Source: Phoronis australis
Lineage: Eukaryota > Animalia > Phoronida
Assembly (NCBI GenBank): GCA_002633005.1
Contig: NMRA01000232.1
Coordinates: forward strand, 564,014 to 628,013
Direction: 5' to 3'
DNA: 64,000 nt
Shown: in pieces, positions 13,001-25,075 of the stretch
Layout of the letters: each line of letters opens with the position of its first letter
How positions within the stretch are numbered: the first letter of the stretch is position 1
Notes under the pieces: model-generated
Told to the model about the DNA's origin: nothing
Databases searched by the model: none
What the model saw: only the letters and a program-made list of their open reading frames with translations
Made by a program: the position numbers and the translations under genes

Positions 13001-16000
13001 GACCTAACAATTTTAAATTGGAAATTTGAAGGGTAAATATTACATTAACAGAAAGGAAGTCAATACAAAACTTGTGCAGAATTTAATGGAGATTTTCACC
13101 ATGTGTAAGTCTTTATCATAGCCTTGGTGAAAGCAAACTGATCCACTGTCATCCTCTCCCGTATGGCTCCAGCCATGTAATGAAACTATGTGTCTACACT
13201 TACATAAACCTGCCAATATCTCCCAAACTAGTAATCACAGCCATATGGTTTAAATTGGAGAACTGTAGAGGAAACTGTGAAGTATGGAATGCTGGTGGTC
13301 ACATATCTAAACAACATTCCAGGGCTCTTACAATTTCTGAATGAAAATCACTAGTGTCCTGGGGTGAGTGCACTCTCCTAGCGCAGCCCAGCTGTAACTT
13401 ATTATAGTCGATTGAGTACACCCAACGCATTTTAATAGGATAATTGGCATGTCGGCTGACCTCGCCTAGCGCAGGATAAGGGTTAAAGAGTCATTGGCTA
13501 TTCAGAACCAGCATGCCACTGATTCTCTGAATGACATGCACAGCTCAGTGACCCTGCAACTATGGTGATGACCAGCTACTGACCATATTCTATGTATCTC
13601 TCACTTCACTCTATGGATGTTACCTGAGCTGTATGTTGGCACTTGTTGTCCTAAATTGTTGTATATATGATCTTGATGATGTCTAATGAAAAGACGAAAC
13701 GTTGAACTGAACATGAACTTTTTTATTTGTGCGGCGATTAAACTCTACACTGAGTTCTCAATATTATTGGAAATAAATAGGGATCTTATCATTCAACTCC
13801 TCTAATTTAAGGACTAAGTCCCTAATTATTTTGATTGAATTAATGGCCCAGTTTTTAGTTAGAGCTTATATTATTAGAGAATGTCATTAGTCAAAGAGGA
13901 GCTCATATAAAATTATCATAGAGAAAACATTACATCTCTAAGAATGAAACAAATATGCAAGCCAAAAGATTTAGCAAACTTAGTTCAGTTCCCATTTGGG
14001 ACTGTTTCATGCAACCGGGCATTCCTCAGCCCATGTGTTGACATGTGAAGACACTGTACGAGTCTTGTTTTGAGCTATGTACTGACGGACAAGACCGGTC
14101 AGTGGAGGCAGCTGAAAGCGGAGCTCTGCTACTACTGCTTACCACACTAGACGCTTCACCACAACCTGTGGTCAAACACCAACACACACTGCCTGGCATT
14201 GTTTGGCAAGAAGAAAAATTAAAGCATGGTTGGGGCGCAATTTTATTGTTGTTAAGCAATCACATTGTGCCAATGATACTGTGAGTAATTTTTTATTTGA
14301 GTCTGTGGCCATGAATATTAAGCAGTCATCACTTTTGTCAAAATTATTGTTTTTTTCAGGTGCTAAAACACACGGTGAACTGAAGTGCATTGGTGTTTCT
14401 TCAGACGGCAATCCTTATGTGGAAGGATCACATGGATTTTCTGTTCCATCCATATCAAAGGTATCATTAGTGACACATCCTGTGTGTATGTGAATACGGA
14501 ACACATCTGTCATTATTGTCTTTCCATCTTGCATCCAGTAACCGTTTCTTTGTCAGGATCCTCATGAAATTAGGCAGAATTTTTCCTTCAAAGAGCATCA
14601 CCCGACTGCCTTAGGACTGTTGCATTTGGCTTAAGTGATCCTAAATGAGTATTTTGCTATGCTTATTTTGTACATCTTGATATTTACAGATTCATTTTGA
14701 TGAGAGTTTATTTGTGACAGCAACAGTACCAACAAAATTTGGTGCAACTCCGACAACTAGAACACAGACACCCACCAGTGGAAGCAATCATTTAGTTGGC
14801 ATCTGTTTTACGAAATTCCTAATTTTGGGTGCCCAATTAATGGATTTCATTGAAGCGTTACTTTTCTGTTTTGGGTTGCATGGGAAAGGGACAGCATTGT
14901 CAAAATTGATGCAATTTCCCTTAATAGTGATCATTACTTTTGGTTGCGAAGTTTCTTAATTGCAATATCTTTTGGTAAATCTTTGACATCATTGTTCCCT
15001 TTCTCTTGTTGTCAATACAAATATTAAATCACCTATTTAGTACACAATAAGGTGGAGAAGTATTATTTCATTTTATCAAATTTCTCAACAAAAATAAAGA
15101 TTAAGAAAATTTTAATCCGTTGTTAGCTTCTTTGTTCTGTGTAGCTGTCATAAAACAACATTTGGTTATTAAGTTCTGTTATCTTTTCTGCAATTAATAA
15201 ACTTATTTACAGCAAAAAAGTTCTACAATTATTTGCAGTAAGGTATTCATGCAAAAAATAGTAAAACGTTTGTCTTTTAATTTATTATGGCTGTTTTTTT
15301 AACAAATTTTTGCCTTTAACTAATGCTCAGTGTAGTTGTTACACATTTCAGTATAAGATTTCTGTTAAGTATGAAGATGGTGCCACCCACAGTTGCACTA
15401 GCTCGTTTCAAGCGCCATCTGTCTCATTCACAACTATACACAGTGAAAGGAAACAGGTAGGAATCCATTCATGGTATAATTGAAAGCTTAATGTATTGCA
15501 ACTGAATGAGTGCAATTATGATGTTTGAAGTATATATTTATTAATATGTACTGTTTTTAACTTACTGCATAAAAATGGTAAGTTGATATCATGGTGTCTG
15601 TCAGATTACAGTAACAGCATGAAAGCATTATCATTGTAAATTGAACACCAAATACCATTTTCTAATATCTAATCATTTTATTAAAAAAATTCATAGATTT
15701 CAATTCTGTCTAGTCACTTTTAGGTGGTAGTATATCATGTAGCTCAGCCATGTCCAAACACTGAGTTGGTGTACTGGGTTATTTGATTTTATATAATAAA
15801 TTCTTAATAAACAGTAAACAATCCAGTAATACCTTTGTGACTTGCCACCAGGTTTTAAGTTTGGATGTCACATGTGGAGGGCTGGGCGTGTCGGCAGATT
15901 CAGAGAGCAGACTGGTAGTGTGGACGACAGACAATGGTGAAGTGAGGGTAAGTAGCCACACGATGAACTGATAAATGAATGCATAATGGGTTTTAGCTGT

Positions 16001-19000
16001 TTTCATATAATGTGGAATGGTATAGTGGCATCAACTTTTTGTGATGTCTTTATTGCCACTTTCAACAACTTGAAATTATGGCTACTGTCTGTAAGGACAG
16101 TTGCACTGCTTCGATAGCTGGTCTGCTGTGCTAGTGGTTGGTTGACCTACAAGTTAGGTGTACACCTAGTTGGTTGACATCCATGTAAAATGCTAACATA
16201 CTTCCAACTTCAGAGAAAGCTAGAGGGCCACCTAGGTGACGTCTACACTTGCCGATTTTTTCCATCTGGTGTGGTAGTTGTGAGTGGAGGAATGGATATG
16301 ATGTTGAAGATATGGTCAGTGGATACCGGCCAGTGTGCCGCCTCACTGCTGGGTCACAAGGCAGGTGAGACTACTGGTAGAAGTACTTTTGTCTTATCTG
16401 CATCCTTGCCTGCAGGTTGATTTTACAATTTACACCTCCATGTGTCCAATACACAAAAAATAAGTACAATGAACATAAATCACAAAAGTGTAATCTGAGA
16501 CATAGAAAATGATTATGAAGTGATGACAAAACATTTGAGATGAACATTTATCATAAGATTTCGACGTATATATTAAATTGTCTCCTAACGTCACCGTACA
16601 TTGTTGCAAGATGCTCTTTTATCTTTGACAGCATCTAAAATAAGTCTGTAGAAACTGCATAGTGATTCTGTAGGACCCTTGAAAAGTGACCAAATTTGTT
16701 TAACTTTGGAAAATCATATTCATCAGATTCAGGAAGCTTTTAAATATGCTTTATGCATTGTTCTCTGTTTCCTGTTAGGGATTGTTTTTAAAATGTTCCT
16801 ATTTTGCATGAGCAGCCATTGAACAGTACTTTTACAAATTAGTTTATTTTTTGTGAAAAAAGCAAATTTGCATTAACTGAAAATGAAATGATCATTTAAA
16901 AATTCAAAACTTACTGTGTTTTTAGATTTGGTCTAATGTGAACATTTATCTCAAACATGATTTGGTCATGTTATTGACACCACTGTTTTGAATGCACCCT
17001 TTTTTTCTTATTTTTACTTCAAAGACATGACATCACGTGATCCAATGAATGCCAGATTGCATCCTTCAAAATTCAAGTTCTACAGGCTTTCTACTCTCAG
17101 AAAATAATAGTTTTTAGCAAGTTAAAGAGCCATTAAATCCATGTTTTCTGTTAAAAAACAACAGTTTAATTTAATTTTTCAGTTTAGAATTGATCTCTGA
17201 GCTCAGGAAGGGCTCAATAGGTGTCAGGACATGGCAATAAGGTTTCAGCTCTGAAATTGAAAGACAGTTTAAGATACTGACTGGATTTGTTTTCCAGGTG
17301 AATTATTGAACCAATTTCACTTCTGACATAATTTGTTTTGAAAGTGTATGGGTGGCTGGGAAGAAAGTTGTTTTCAACATGAGGGCATGGCCGCTTTAAG
17401 TTTTATAGTTTTGTTGACATTTAACTAATTGTACAGATTTGTCAATAAGGTCCGACATAACATCACGCTTTTAAAGTTCATAGTGTACATAGCCCATACT
17501 AGGTTAAGATAGTAACTGCAGTTCCATTTAATGTCAATGAATTGTTGATCAGTTATTTGTTGAGCCTACAACATTGTCCTGACAGTTGTCCATGTTCGTA
17601 TGTAAGCAATCCTCTATCTTAACCACTTGTTTGACCTTTCCCCATGACTTTATTGTCAGGAATCACGGACACAGCAATTGTTGAGAGAGGACGTAATGTG
17701 GTTTCCTGCTCCAAAGATGGAACAGCTAAGTTATGGGACATTGGCAAACAGGCATGCCTGTCAACATTCAATGTCGAGTCTGGTGTTGTTAATGCATGCT
17801 GCCTAGGGAGTGTCAACTCAGCAATCAGCCTCGGTACACCACAGGAGACTCCCTGTGAGTTTACACTTAGCTGTGTACTATCATGGTAAAATCTCGCCAA
17901 TTTAGGACACAATATAGCGGACAAGTGATAATATTTTATTTTCTCATTTCATAAAAGTTAGGTTGCATCTATATGATGTTCTGTACCATAACTATCAACA
18001 GACAATGTTATGAAAAACTTTGGCAATTCAAACCTTGAATATGAAAAATGTCAATTTTGACTGTTATTTTGAACATTATTTTCGTCTGAAATTGGTGAGA
18101 TTTTACCATAACGTCAGGAGATGTGCGGTAAAGTTTCCTGAAATTCGAACAAAAATAATGGCCAAATTGTTTTCATTTTTCAAAGCTTACTGTATTGCCT
18201 TCTTATTAACTCTTGTTGAAATTTTTGATCAGACAAATTAAATTTTACTGGTCCGCCATATTGCATTCTAATTTGAAAGCATTTTACCATAGTCTTGGGT
18301 TGTAATAAATGTGTCATTGGTTGTTGACCTCTCATTGGTGTACATAATTGACACTGTATTCACTACGTTGGAGCAACTAAATGAAGAAAGGCCTTCTCTT
18401 GTTATTTATCTCAGAGCTGTTTACCAGCATTTTCCATGTGGACCATTTCTCTGTCATTATCTGGCGTGAACTCTGAAAAAATTGCCAGCCTAGTTAACCT
18501 CACAAAATCTGTCACAACTTCAGAAAAATTTCCTTAGGTCTGTAACCTAATGAATATGGTACACCTTTTGGTTATCGCCTTTAAGTTGCAGTGCTATTAT
18601 ATGCAACAGCCCGGTCATACTTGCCAACATTCCAAAATGAGAAATCAGTGCATCTGGATCCAGGATGACACAAGTGAGAAAAAATGTCTGCCAAAACTCC
18701 CACCAATGGCATGTCAATGGTGTTTTTTCAGTCATGCATGCTCCAAAAAAGTTTGTACTTCAACAACCACCCCACAATGAATTTCAAAGCAACAGCAGTG
18801 CCACATACAAAATCTCCTGAATTAAAGTGCAACTTGAGACTCATTTTATAGCATCTATAAGTGGGCTGATTGAGGCGTTTTAAAATCATAGTTTTCAGAG
18901 ATTTGCTGTTAGTAACTACCTTATGTGGTGATATTACCATAATGATCATAAATGGTTTTGTAATGGCACTGCAAATATACTTTATATTGAATGTTTTATC

Positions 19001-22000
19001 ATGCAGCTGAACGAGAAGTCTTGACAGAAGGCAAGATGCTGTTATTGGCCTGTGAGAATGGTAATCTACAAGGATATGGTTTACACTCACGGAACAAGGT
19101 GAGTGTACTAGGGCTAAACACGTTAGTCATCATCATCATGTTGGAGGCTGGTGGCATGATGGAATCACCAACAGAGATAGACAACCTTCCTCTGTAATGC
19201 ATAGTAAGGGTATTCTCATTTCAAGTTAAATCTTGAATGTTTTTTTCATGCCAAACTAATGGGACAAAGTTCTGTTTCCCATCATCCCTGAAGTCATCAG
19301 GACGTGTGAGGCTCCATCATGTCTCGATCGTCGTTTCAACTACACGATGGTGAATTTGTCTCGCATACACTCACTTAAACATCTTAATGACTGTGCTCAG
19401 TCGTCATGACAGGGAATTCCTCGTCATTTTCTTTGAATATAAATTATGTGGTGTGCATTGTAGTGTTTGTAGACAGTACTAACGTTTTTGATGATCATAG
19501 TCACTCACAGGGGGTCATGTACTTTGAAAGCTATGCTTCTCCACTGAATAACAGGCATCTAACTGGTTCTCAAAATCCAAGACCTCCTGTACCTGTGAGT
19601 GTTGCCTCATTTTCTGGAAGTTTGTAATTAGAAACACTATGTCAAAGGTCAAATTATCCATCATCACAGACTAATGTTAGTGCCTATGTTTTATAGTCCT
19701 CAATAATGCATGACTACAAACTTGAGACTATTTCTTGGTGTTCACACAGGTTTTTAGCGTGAAGTGCACAGATGCTGTGAATTGCTGTTCCTTTGTTTCA
19801 TCCACCCTTTGTATGACTGGGACACAAGATGGCGTGGTCACAGTTTATGACATTAGAAATACCAGGTACTCCATACAGGATAAATATAGCTGGCTGAAAA
19901 ACTATAAAGTCGCAACTGCATTAATTTCCAGTGCCTCTGAACACCATTTACGAGATTTACGAGTGACTTTAAAAAGTAAATGTTTCCCAGTTTACTGTAA
20001 CCGTATGGCACTGCTAGTCACATCAAATTAAGCAACTTCGCAATTCCTCAAAAAGGAAATAGAAGATAAATAAATCATTTTAAATTCATTTTAAGTTCTG
20101 TTGCCAGAGCATGATGCAGAAAGAATCCAGTTCAGAAGGTACAATGCATAGAGTGTTATTATGTAATCTAGTGATTAGCGCGTGGTCATCTCTTTACTCA
20201 TTATGCCCTGGGTCGTAGCTTTTCTTGCTACACTGTGGAGTGGATTCCTGTTGTGATTAGCTAGTGCCTGTACAATACATTGGTCAGCTGTTTTGTAGTA
20301 AAAATCATGAACTCTTATGTAACGTGTGATTTTGTCCACGTAAGCTTCACGTGGTATGTACCTGTGTGTAGTACATTTTTAGAGAATCTGCAGTCAAAAC
20401 TTAAAGCTTAAACGGTGTTTAATGCTCATGTTTGTGAAAGTTGGTTCCATGAATCTTTTTGAAAGCATGTTGCCCAAGCATAAGACCTATAAATTTTAAT
20501 TGAGACAGGTTGTGTTGAACTGCATAATTGGTCGTGCACGTCTACATGGCTACATGGCTAAATTTAACTCCAATGAGATGGGATTAGCTACTTGACAAGA
20601 CGTCCAGCTAATGAAGATGTAATCAGACTGTTTATTGGTGTCACAATGAACAAAGCTTTAGTTCATATGAAATGTAGTAGCTTTTGTCAGAAACAGGATC
20701 TCATTGGTCCATTAAATGGTTTCTATGCAAAAATGCTTAGAATTGTTTGTCAGTAGAACATACATGTAAGAGACATATAAAACCAGGCTTAAAGACGACT
20801 GTCCAGAAGCCATGAGTAATTGTGGGGTGTGCTTGTCCAGAGAATTCCAGGTTGAAAATGTCGAGTTGTTTGTGGAGTGAAAAAAACTTTCACTTGTTTT
20901 CATCAAACTATCTAATACCTTCTTGTGACCTCACAGTATTAGTAAACAAGGGATCAAATTGAAGCATTGCCCTCTTAAGATAGTTGAACAACAGAATGGA
21001 ATTTTCCTGGATGTTTTGTAACAGACGAAAACAGTTCAGCATGAATCCACTGTGAGCACCTACGCTCACTAAACATGGTGTATATCAACAATTTTGTTGA
21101 TGTAGCCAAAAATATTTATTAATGCTTTGGTTCCATTCCAGCCAAAACCTTCATACCTGGAAAGCTGACAGAGGACCAGTGTTGTCCCTGCTCCCATTGA
21201 ACGACAAAGTTGCCATAAGTACATGTAAGTTTGTTGTTCTTTATAACTTGAACAAACATTAAACACACTACAATATTAGCACAGGAAGGAAGAATGGGAA
21301 CAAATACACTTGTGAAGAATGTTGAATATTTGTTACACCAGAACATATTGTGATTCCTTTCGTACTGCCATTGTTTTGCAGGGTAATTCTTTACCTCTGT
21401 GATTGCTTGACCATATTAGTTAGAAACACAACTTATATTGATGATGTGAATATGAAGTAGGTTGAAAGTTTACAAATATTTTTGAGAACCATTTTGTGGC
21501 AAAAATGATCTGCGGCAAATCACTGACCATGTCCAGTAAGTATCGTGACGTGGTGCTGGGGAATAACACTGCTTGATGCAGGCTATATGAGCCCGCCGTG
21601 TACGTCATTAGTGCAAAGGTCACCTACTTGAAGAATTGTTAGTTTTCACGTTTACAAATTGTCAGTGAGTACAACAGTGTTAAGTATATTAAAATAGCAT
21701 TGTCGTTTAATTCCTGCTATAAATTAGCATAGCTAGGCGCATCTAAACACATCTTTAAGTTTGATGCTTACATCTGTATAGATGATAGTAGACCTGAGCC
21801 GACAATCACAACATCTTTTTGCAAGTGTTTAGAAAAGGATTTGAGTGGCAGATTCGTAGATTATGTGAATATTAAAAAATCAGCATATTGGCCATATTCA
21901 ATATGATCATTTAAGGATGGTTTCTTGGAAGGGACATTTTACATTTCAGTGTTATGTATTTTCAGCGGACGGTTCATGCTACAGTGTCGACATAAACAAT

Positions 22001-22120
22001 TGGAACACAGTGACAGAATACACAGGATCAGACTGTGACCCCATCTACACAGTGAGCAGTGATGGCAGCGCCATCTACAGTGGCTGTAGAGATGGACTGA
22101 TCCGTAAATACAAACTATAG
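10088..22120 (+). CDS. PAAF1: Proteasomal ATPase-associated factor 1 (Rpn14/WDR71), 11 coding exons, 395 aa
   Basis: Exons with GT-AG boundaries, in frame: 10088-10140 (MAARSRLILQSDWGDVL), 10246-10286 (DLNGKAWVTF), 14360-14460, 15352-15456, 15852-15947 (VLSLDVTCGGLGVS), 16214-16364 (LEGHLGDVYTCRFFPSGVVVVSGGMDMMLKIWS), 17660-17854 (ITDTAIVERGRNVVSCSKDGTAKLWD), 19007-19098 (EREVLTEGKMLLLACE), 19750-19865, 21142-21224 (GPVLSLL), 21966-22120 (DGSC..TEYTGSDCDPIY..CRDGLIRKYKL*). Total 1188 nt. Confidence 0.96.
11140..12615 (+). mobile_element. 5'-truncated, decayed L1/Tx1-type non-LTR retrotransposon (RT fragment plus 3' end)
   Basis: Broken-frame ORF2 motifs: FNFGPNFKKWVNILYNNPTSCV, QYAD-TTIFL (YADD-like), KLNPNKCEG, IKCLGIYFG, IIQGFIW. 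Ends with aataaa and an A-rich tail at ~12601-12614. Confidence 0.8.
12704..13743. mobile_element. Penelope-like inverted-repeat remnant with two minimal hammerhead ribozyme motifs
   Basis: Inverted arms of ~86-90 bp at 12704-12789 and 13654-13743. Each arm reads (C/T)TGATGA-tgtc-taatgaaaa-ga(c/t)-GAAA-(c/t)gttg. Confidence 0.6.
12893..13482. mobile_element. piggyBac-type MITE, 590 bp
   Basis: TTAA|CCCTTATCCTGC ... GCAGGATAAGGG|TTAA: 12-bp perfect terminal inverted repeats with CCC/GGG ends, and TTAA target-site duplications at 12889-12892 and 13483-13486. Confidence 0.85.
21384..21758 (+). mobile_element. Dispersed ~400-bp element, copy 2 (same family as 4428-4831), in PAAF1 intron 10
   Basis: Collinear similarity to 4450-4831; ends atctttaa. 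Confidence 0.65.
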
Positions 22121-22354
22121 GGGGATACTGGTGTTTGGTACAAATAGCTTTGCTGACTGGAGAATTTGAGTCAATCCAGTTGGTGCATTGTTAAGATCTT
22201 TCATTTAAAAGCTCTTCAAGTACAAACAGACTAATGTTTTTAGTTTACTTGTCTGAAAAGTGTTTGACTGCCATTAAACGATTATTTTATTTTCAAAATT
22301 TCATTTTGCTGTCCTTTCTATGTAGAATTTTTGTGACTGTAAATAGATTGTTAC

Positions 22355-22360
22355 AATAAA
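22355..22360 (+). promoter_or_regulatory. Candidate PAAF1 polyadenylation signal
   Basis: AATAAA ~235 nt after the stop codon, followed by GT/T-rich sequence. Confidence 0.45.
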
Positions 22361-24169
22361 TGTTTTGTTATGTGATTGGTTCTCAATACTAGATGTTAAT
22401 GAACTGTTGCTTTTTAACTCTCGTTATAGTAACTGAAAAATTTCCCAAATTTTGGAACTTTAATGTGCGTGTATTATTACTCTTTTAACAGCTACACCAG
22501 CTTTCCATCACAAAAGCCAACTTTGGACCAGTAGAAATGACACTTGATTATTGCCAGGCTCCCTACAAGTTGGTGTGACACAGTGCGTCATTTTGTGTAC
22601 TAAGCATGTACTTGGTGCATTAAGAACACTTTTTTATTGCTACAAGTCAAATAAATGAAAATACATAAAATACAACTATTTAGCCCAGAAAGCGAACCAT
22701 TATATCCAGGCAGGAACTCTCAGTTCTTTGCAAACTCAGAAATCACTTCTCAACTGAGTGAAGAACAAGTTGAGCTGTACTGAATTTGTAGCTTTGAAAT
22801 CGCTTTTTTTGACAAAACGCGAGTTTACAGCCTTTTTAAGGAGACAATTATTGCTTTCATGCATATTTTTGTTTTTAATCAAGGTAATTACAACAATCAT
22901 AAATGAATAAAACTAATTAAGAACTTATATCTCAGAAAAGGCTGATCAGATGAAACTTTCAGAAACCATGTTTTATGCACTGTTCCCAAAATGCTGATGG
23001 GTAATGTTTTTAAATAGATCTGCTTTTGCGCGAGAACCACAGAGTTATAACCTAAAAAATGTGACATTTTTATATAATTATCTTGAAAATTCACATCAAC
23101 TGAAATGTGGTCATTGGTACTGTTGTTTTGGTGCGATTGTACTTTCTGTTTTTTGCTAAATTTTACCAATAGCAAAGTCCAAAAATCAAATTCTACCTTT
23201 TCTAATTTCAACAATCTTTCATGAATCAGTTTTGTAGATATTTGGCTGAGAATGCACACACTTGTCAACGAGGTCCTACAAGTACATAACCTGGCCAAAT
23301 AAACCCGATTCACAGTACAGTGCAATATTGTTAGTATGTGATCATGCAACCCAATTAATGGCAAAAACCAAATCTTACATGCTTTTTCCTCACGGAAAGT
23401 ATAATACTTTTACTACATTTAAGTCTTGTTTTGTAGATATTTGATTGAATAAACACAGACTTGTTGATAAGGTCCTTCATGACCTGGTCTTATTATTTTG
23501 TCTTCACATTTTATGTAATGAAAAACAAAATTAAGAACTCTCAACGAAAATCAACATTATCACCCAACATCATGCTTTAGCTGGCATTTTTATGCTTAAT
23601 TTCGGATGTTAAAGAACACTTAATTACACAATTAAGACTTTCCTTGAGGACATCTATTTCAAAATGAATGTATTTCAAATTAATTTCAATGTGCTTTGTG
23701 GTAAACAGGTTCATTTACTTGGCTTGTCATGACCGGGCATTTTATGCATCGAACTGCGAACTGTTAGTTTCACCCACGCCCAGAAATTATTCCTCACCAA
23801 GTAATGGAAAAGTTGTCAGGTTTTATGGCCATTAGTTATGTAAATCAATGGTTTCTTTACGGAAGGCACAGGTTTATAACAGGTGTGAGGAAAGTACCTT
23901 TAACCTGTGAATAATGGGGGACATTACAAATTTCAATGTACGTAAAGTTGATTCTACCACTAGAGGGAAATACTACTTTGCATAAGTCTCCCATTAACAT
24001 ATATTTAGAAAATATGTTTACTTACTGGATAGTTAACAACAGTCTTAAAAACAATACTAAAATTGCACAAAATATCTCTTCTTATCTATAAGCTACGGCT
24101 GCAAAAGAAACTTACATAAATGAAGCCGCAAGTAAATCCCACAGTACACAATCATCACGAGTACAGCTT

Positions 24170-25075
24170 CTAAAAAGAAACTGAAGAGCAGTTTACTTTT
24201 GGTATGTCTTCACCATTCAAAATGGACAAGGCACTCTCAACTTCGTTCACACTCTTTTCCTGTATCTGCACGTCCATAGAATGCAAATGCCGCCTTCTCA
24301 TCACATCTGCCACAATTTCAATATCTGTCGACGCTAGATAGGAACCTCCTGCACTTAAAATGCCCAAAACATCAACACGTGCTTTACCCAACATCCGGAG
24401 CATTTTTTCTTTCATGGGACGCTGAGTGGCATTTGAAATATGATTGGCAATACTGTGAACTGGAGTTCTCCCAGAGGAGTCGAGTACATCGACCTTACAG
24501 CCCGCTAACAGCAATACCTTCATCTTAAGCAGTAGTGACGTTTCAAATTGTGCAAGAAACGGAAAATCGCCCCCAACTACCTTATGTAGGGGAGTCTGCC
24601 CATCATGGTTTTTTTTGTCAATGTCACAGCCAAAGTCAACACAGTAGATGAATAGGCCCATGCTGCGCCAACTAAATGGAATGTTCATGGCTAGAACATG
24701 CAGTACATTATTGCCTTGTTCATCTATCGCATTCAAACTAACACCATGCTCCACAAACAGTTTGACCATGTGCAGGCGGGCACCTAAAACACATCCAAAA
24801 ATGACTGATGGATCTATGTCACAGCACTCACTGAGTAGCAACTTCACCACCTCTGGCTTGCTGTAACCAATTGCCAAAGAGAGTATCGATTCTGCTTCAC
24901 CCCATACTTGAACTTTGGATCTAGCGTCCAGCTGTCCTTGATCTATCCACTCTTTGATTTTCTTGACACTTGAAGGGCTGCCACACTTGACGGCCAAATA
25001 TACTTCCATGTCAAACAAGTTGATCTCGTCGTTAACCAAAATTTCATCTTCCGAGTCATCCTCATCATTCCACAT
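24170..25075 (-). CDS. Ankyrin repeat-containing protein, 301 aa, single coding exon
   Basis: Long ORF with ankyrin motifs (ILSLAIGYSKPEVVKLLL, VKLFVEHGVSLNAIDEQGNNVLH, GCDIDKKNHDGQTPLH, LLLAGCKVDVLDSSGRTPVH) and an acidic N-terminus. The ATG directly follows a splice acceptor (ttttttgtctattattgacag|ATG), which implies an upstream exon. Confidence 0.85.
   Translation of the reverse strand: MWNDEDDSEDEILVNDEINLFDMEVYLAVKCGSPSSVKKIKEWIDQGQLDARSKVQVWGEAESILSLAIGYSKPEVVKLLLSECCDIDPSVIFGCVLGARLHMVKLFVEHGVSLNAIDEQGNNVLHVLAMNIPFSWRSMGLFIYCVDFGCDIDKKNHDGQTPLHKVVGGDFPFLAQFETSLLLKMKVLLLAGCKVDVLDSSGRTPVHSIANHISNATQRPMKEKMLRMLGKARVDVLGILSAGGSYLASTDIEIVADVMRRRHLHSMDVQIQEKSVNEVESALSILNGEDIPKVNCSSVSF

Larger units (their letters stand above)
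11050..14019. mobile_element. PIF/Harbinger-like MITE split into three pieces (11050-11140, ~12640-12660, 13741-14019) by later insertions
   Basis: Terminal inverted repeats ccctgttgcatgaaaca (11050) and tgtttcatgcaaccggg (ends 14019) match 16/17. The pieces align in order, reverse-complemented, to the uninterrupted copy at ~28002-28392. Confidence 0.7.

Noticed and set aside
19262-19305. Minus-strand CTGATGA..GAAA hammerhead-like match
   Set aside because: Stem II and stem I do not pair.
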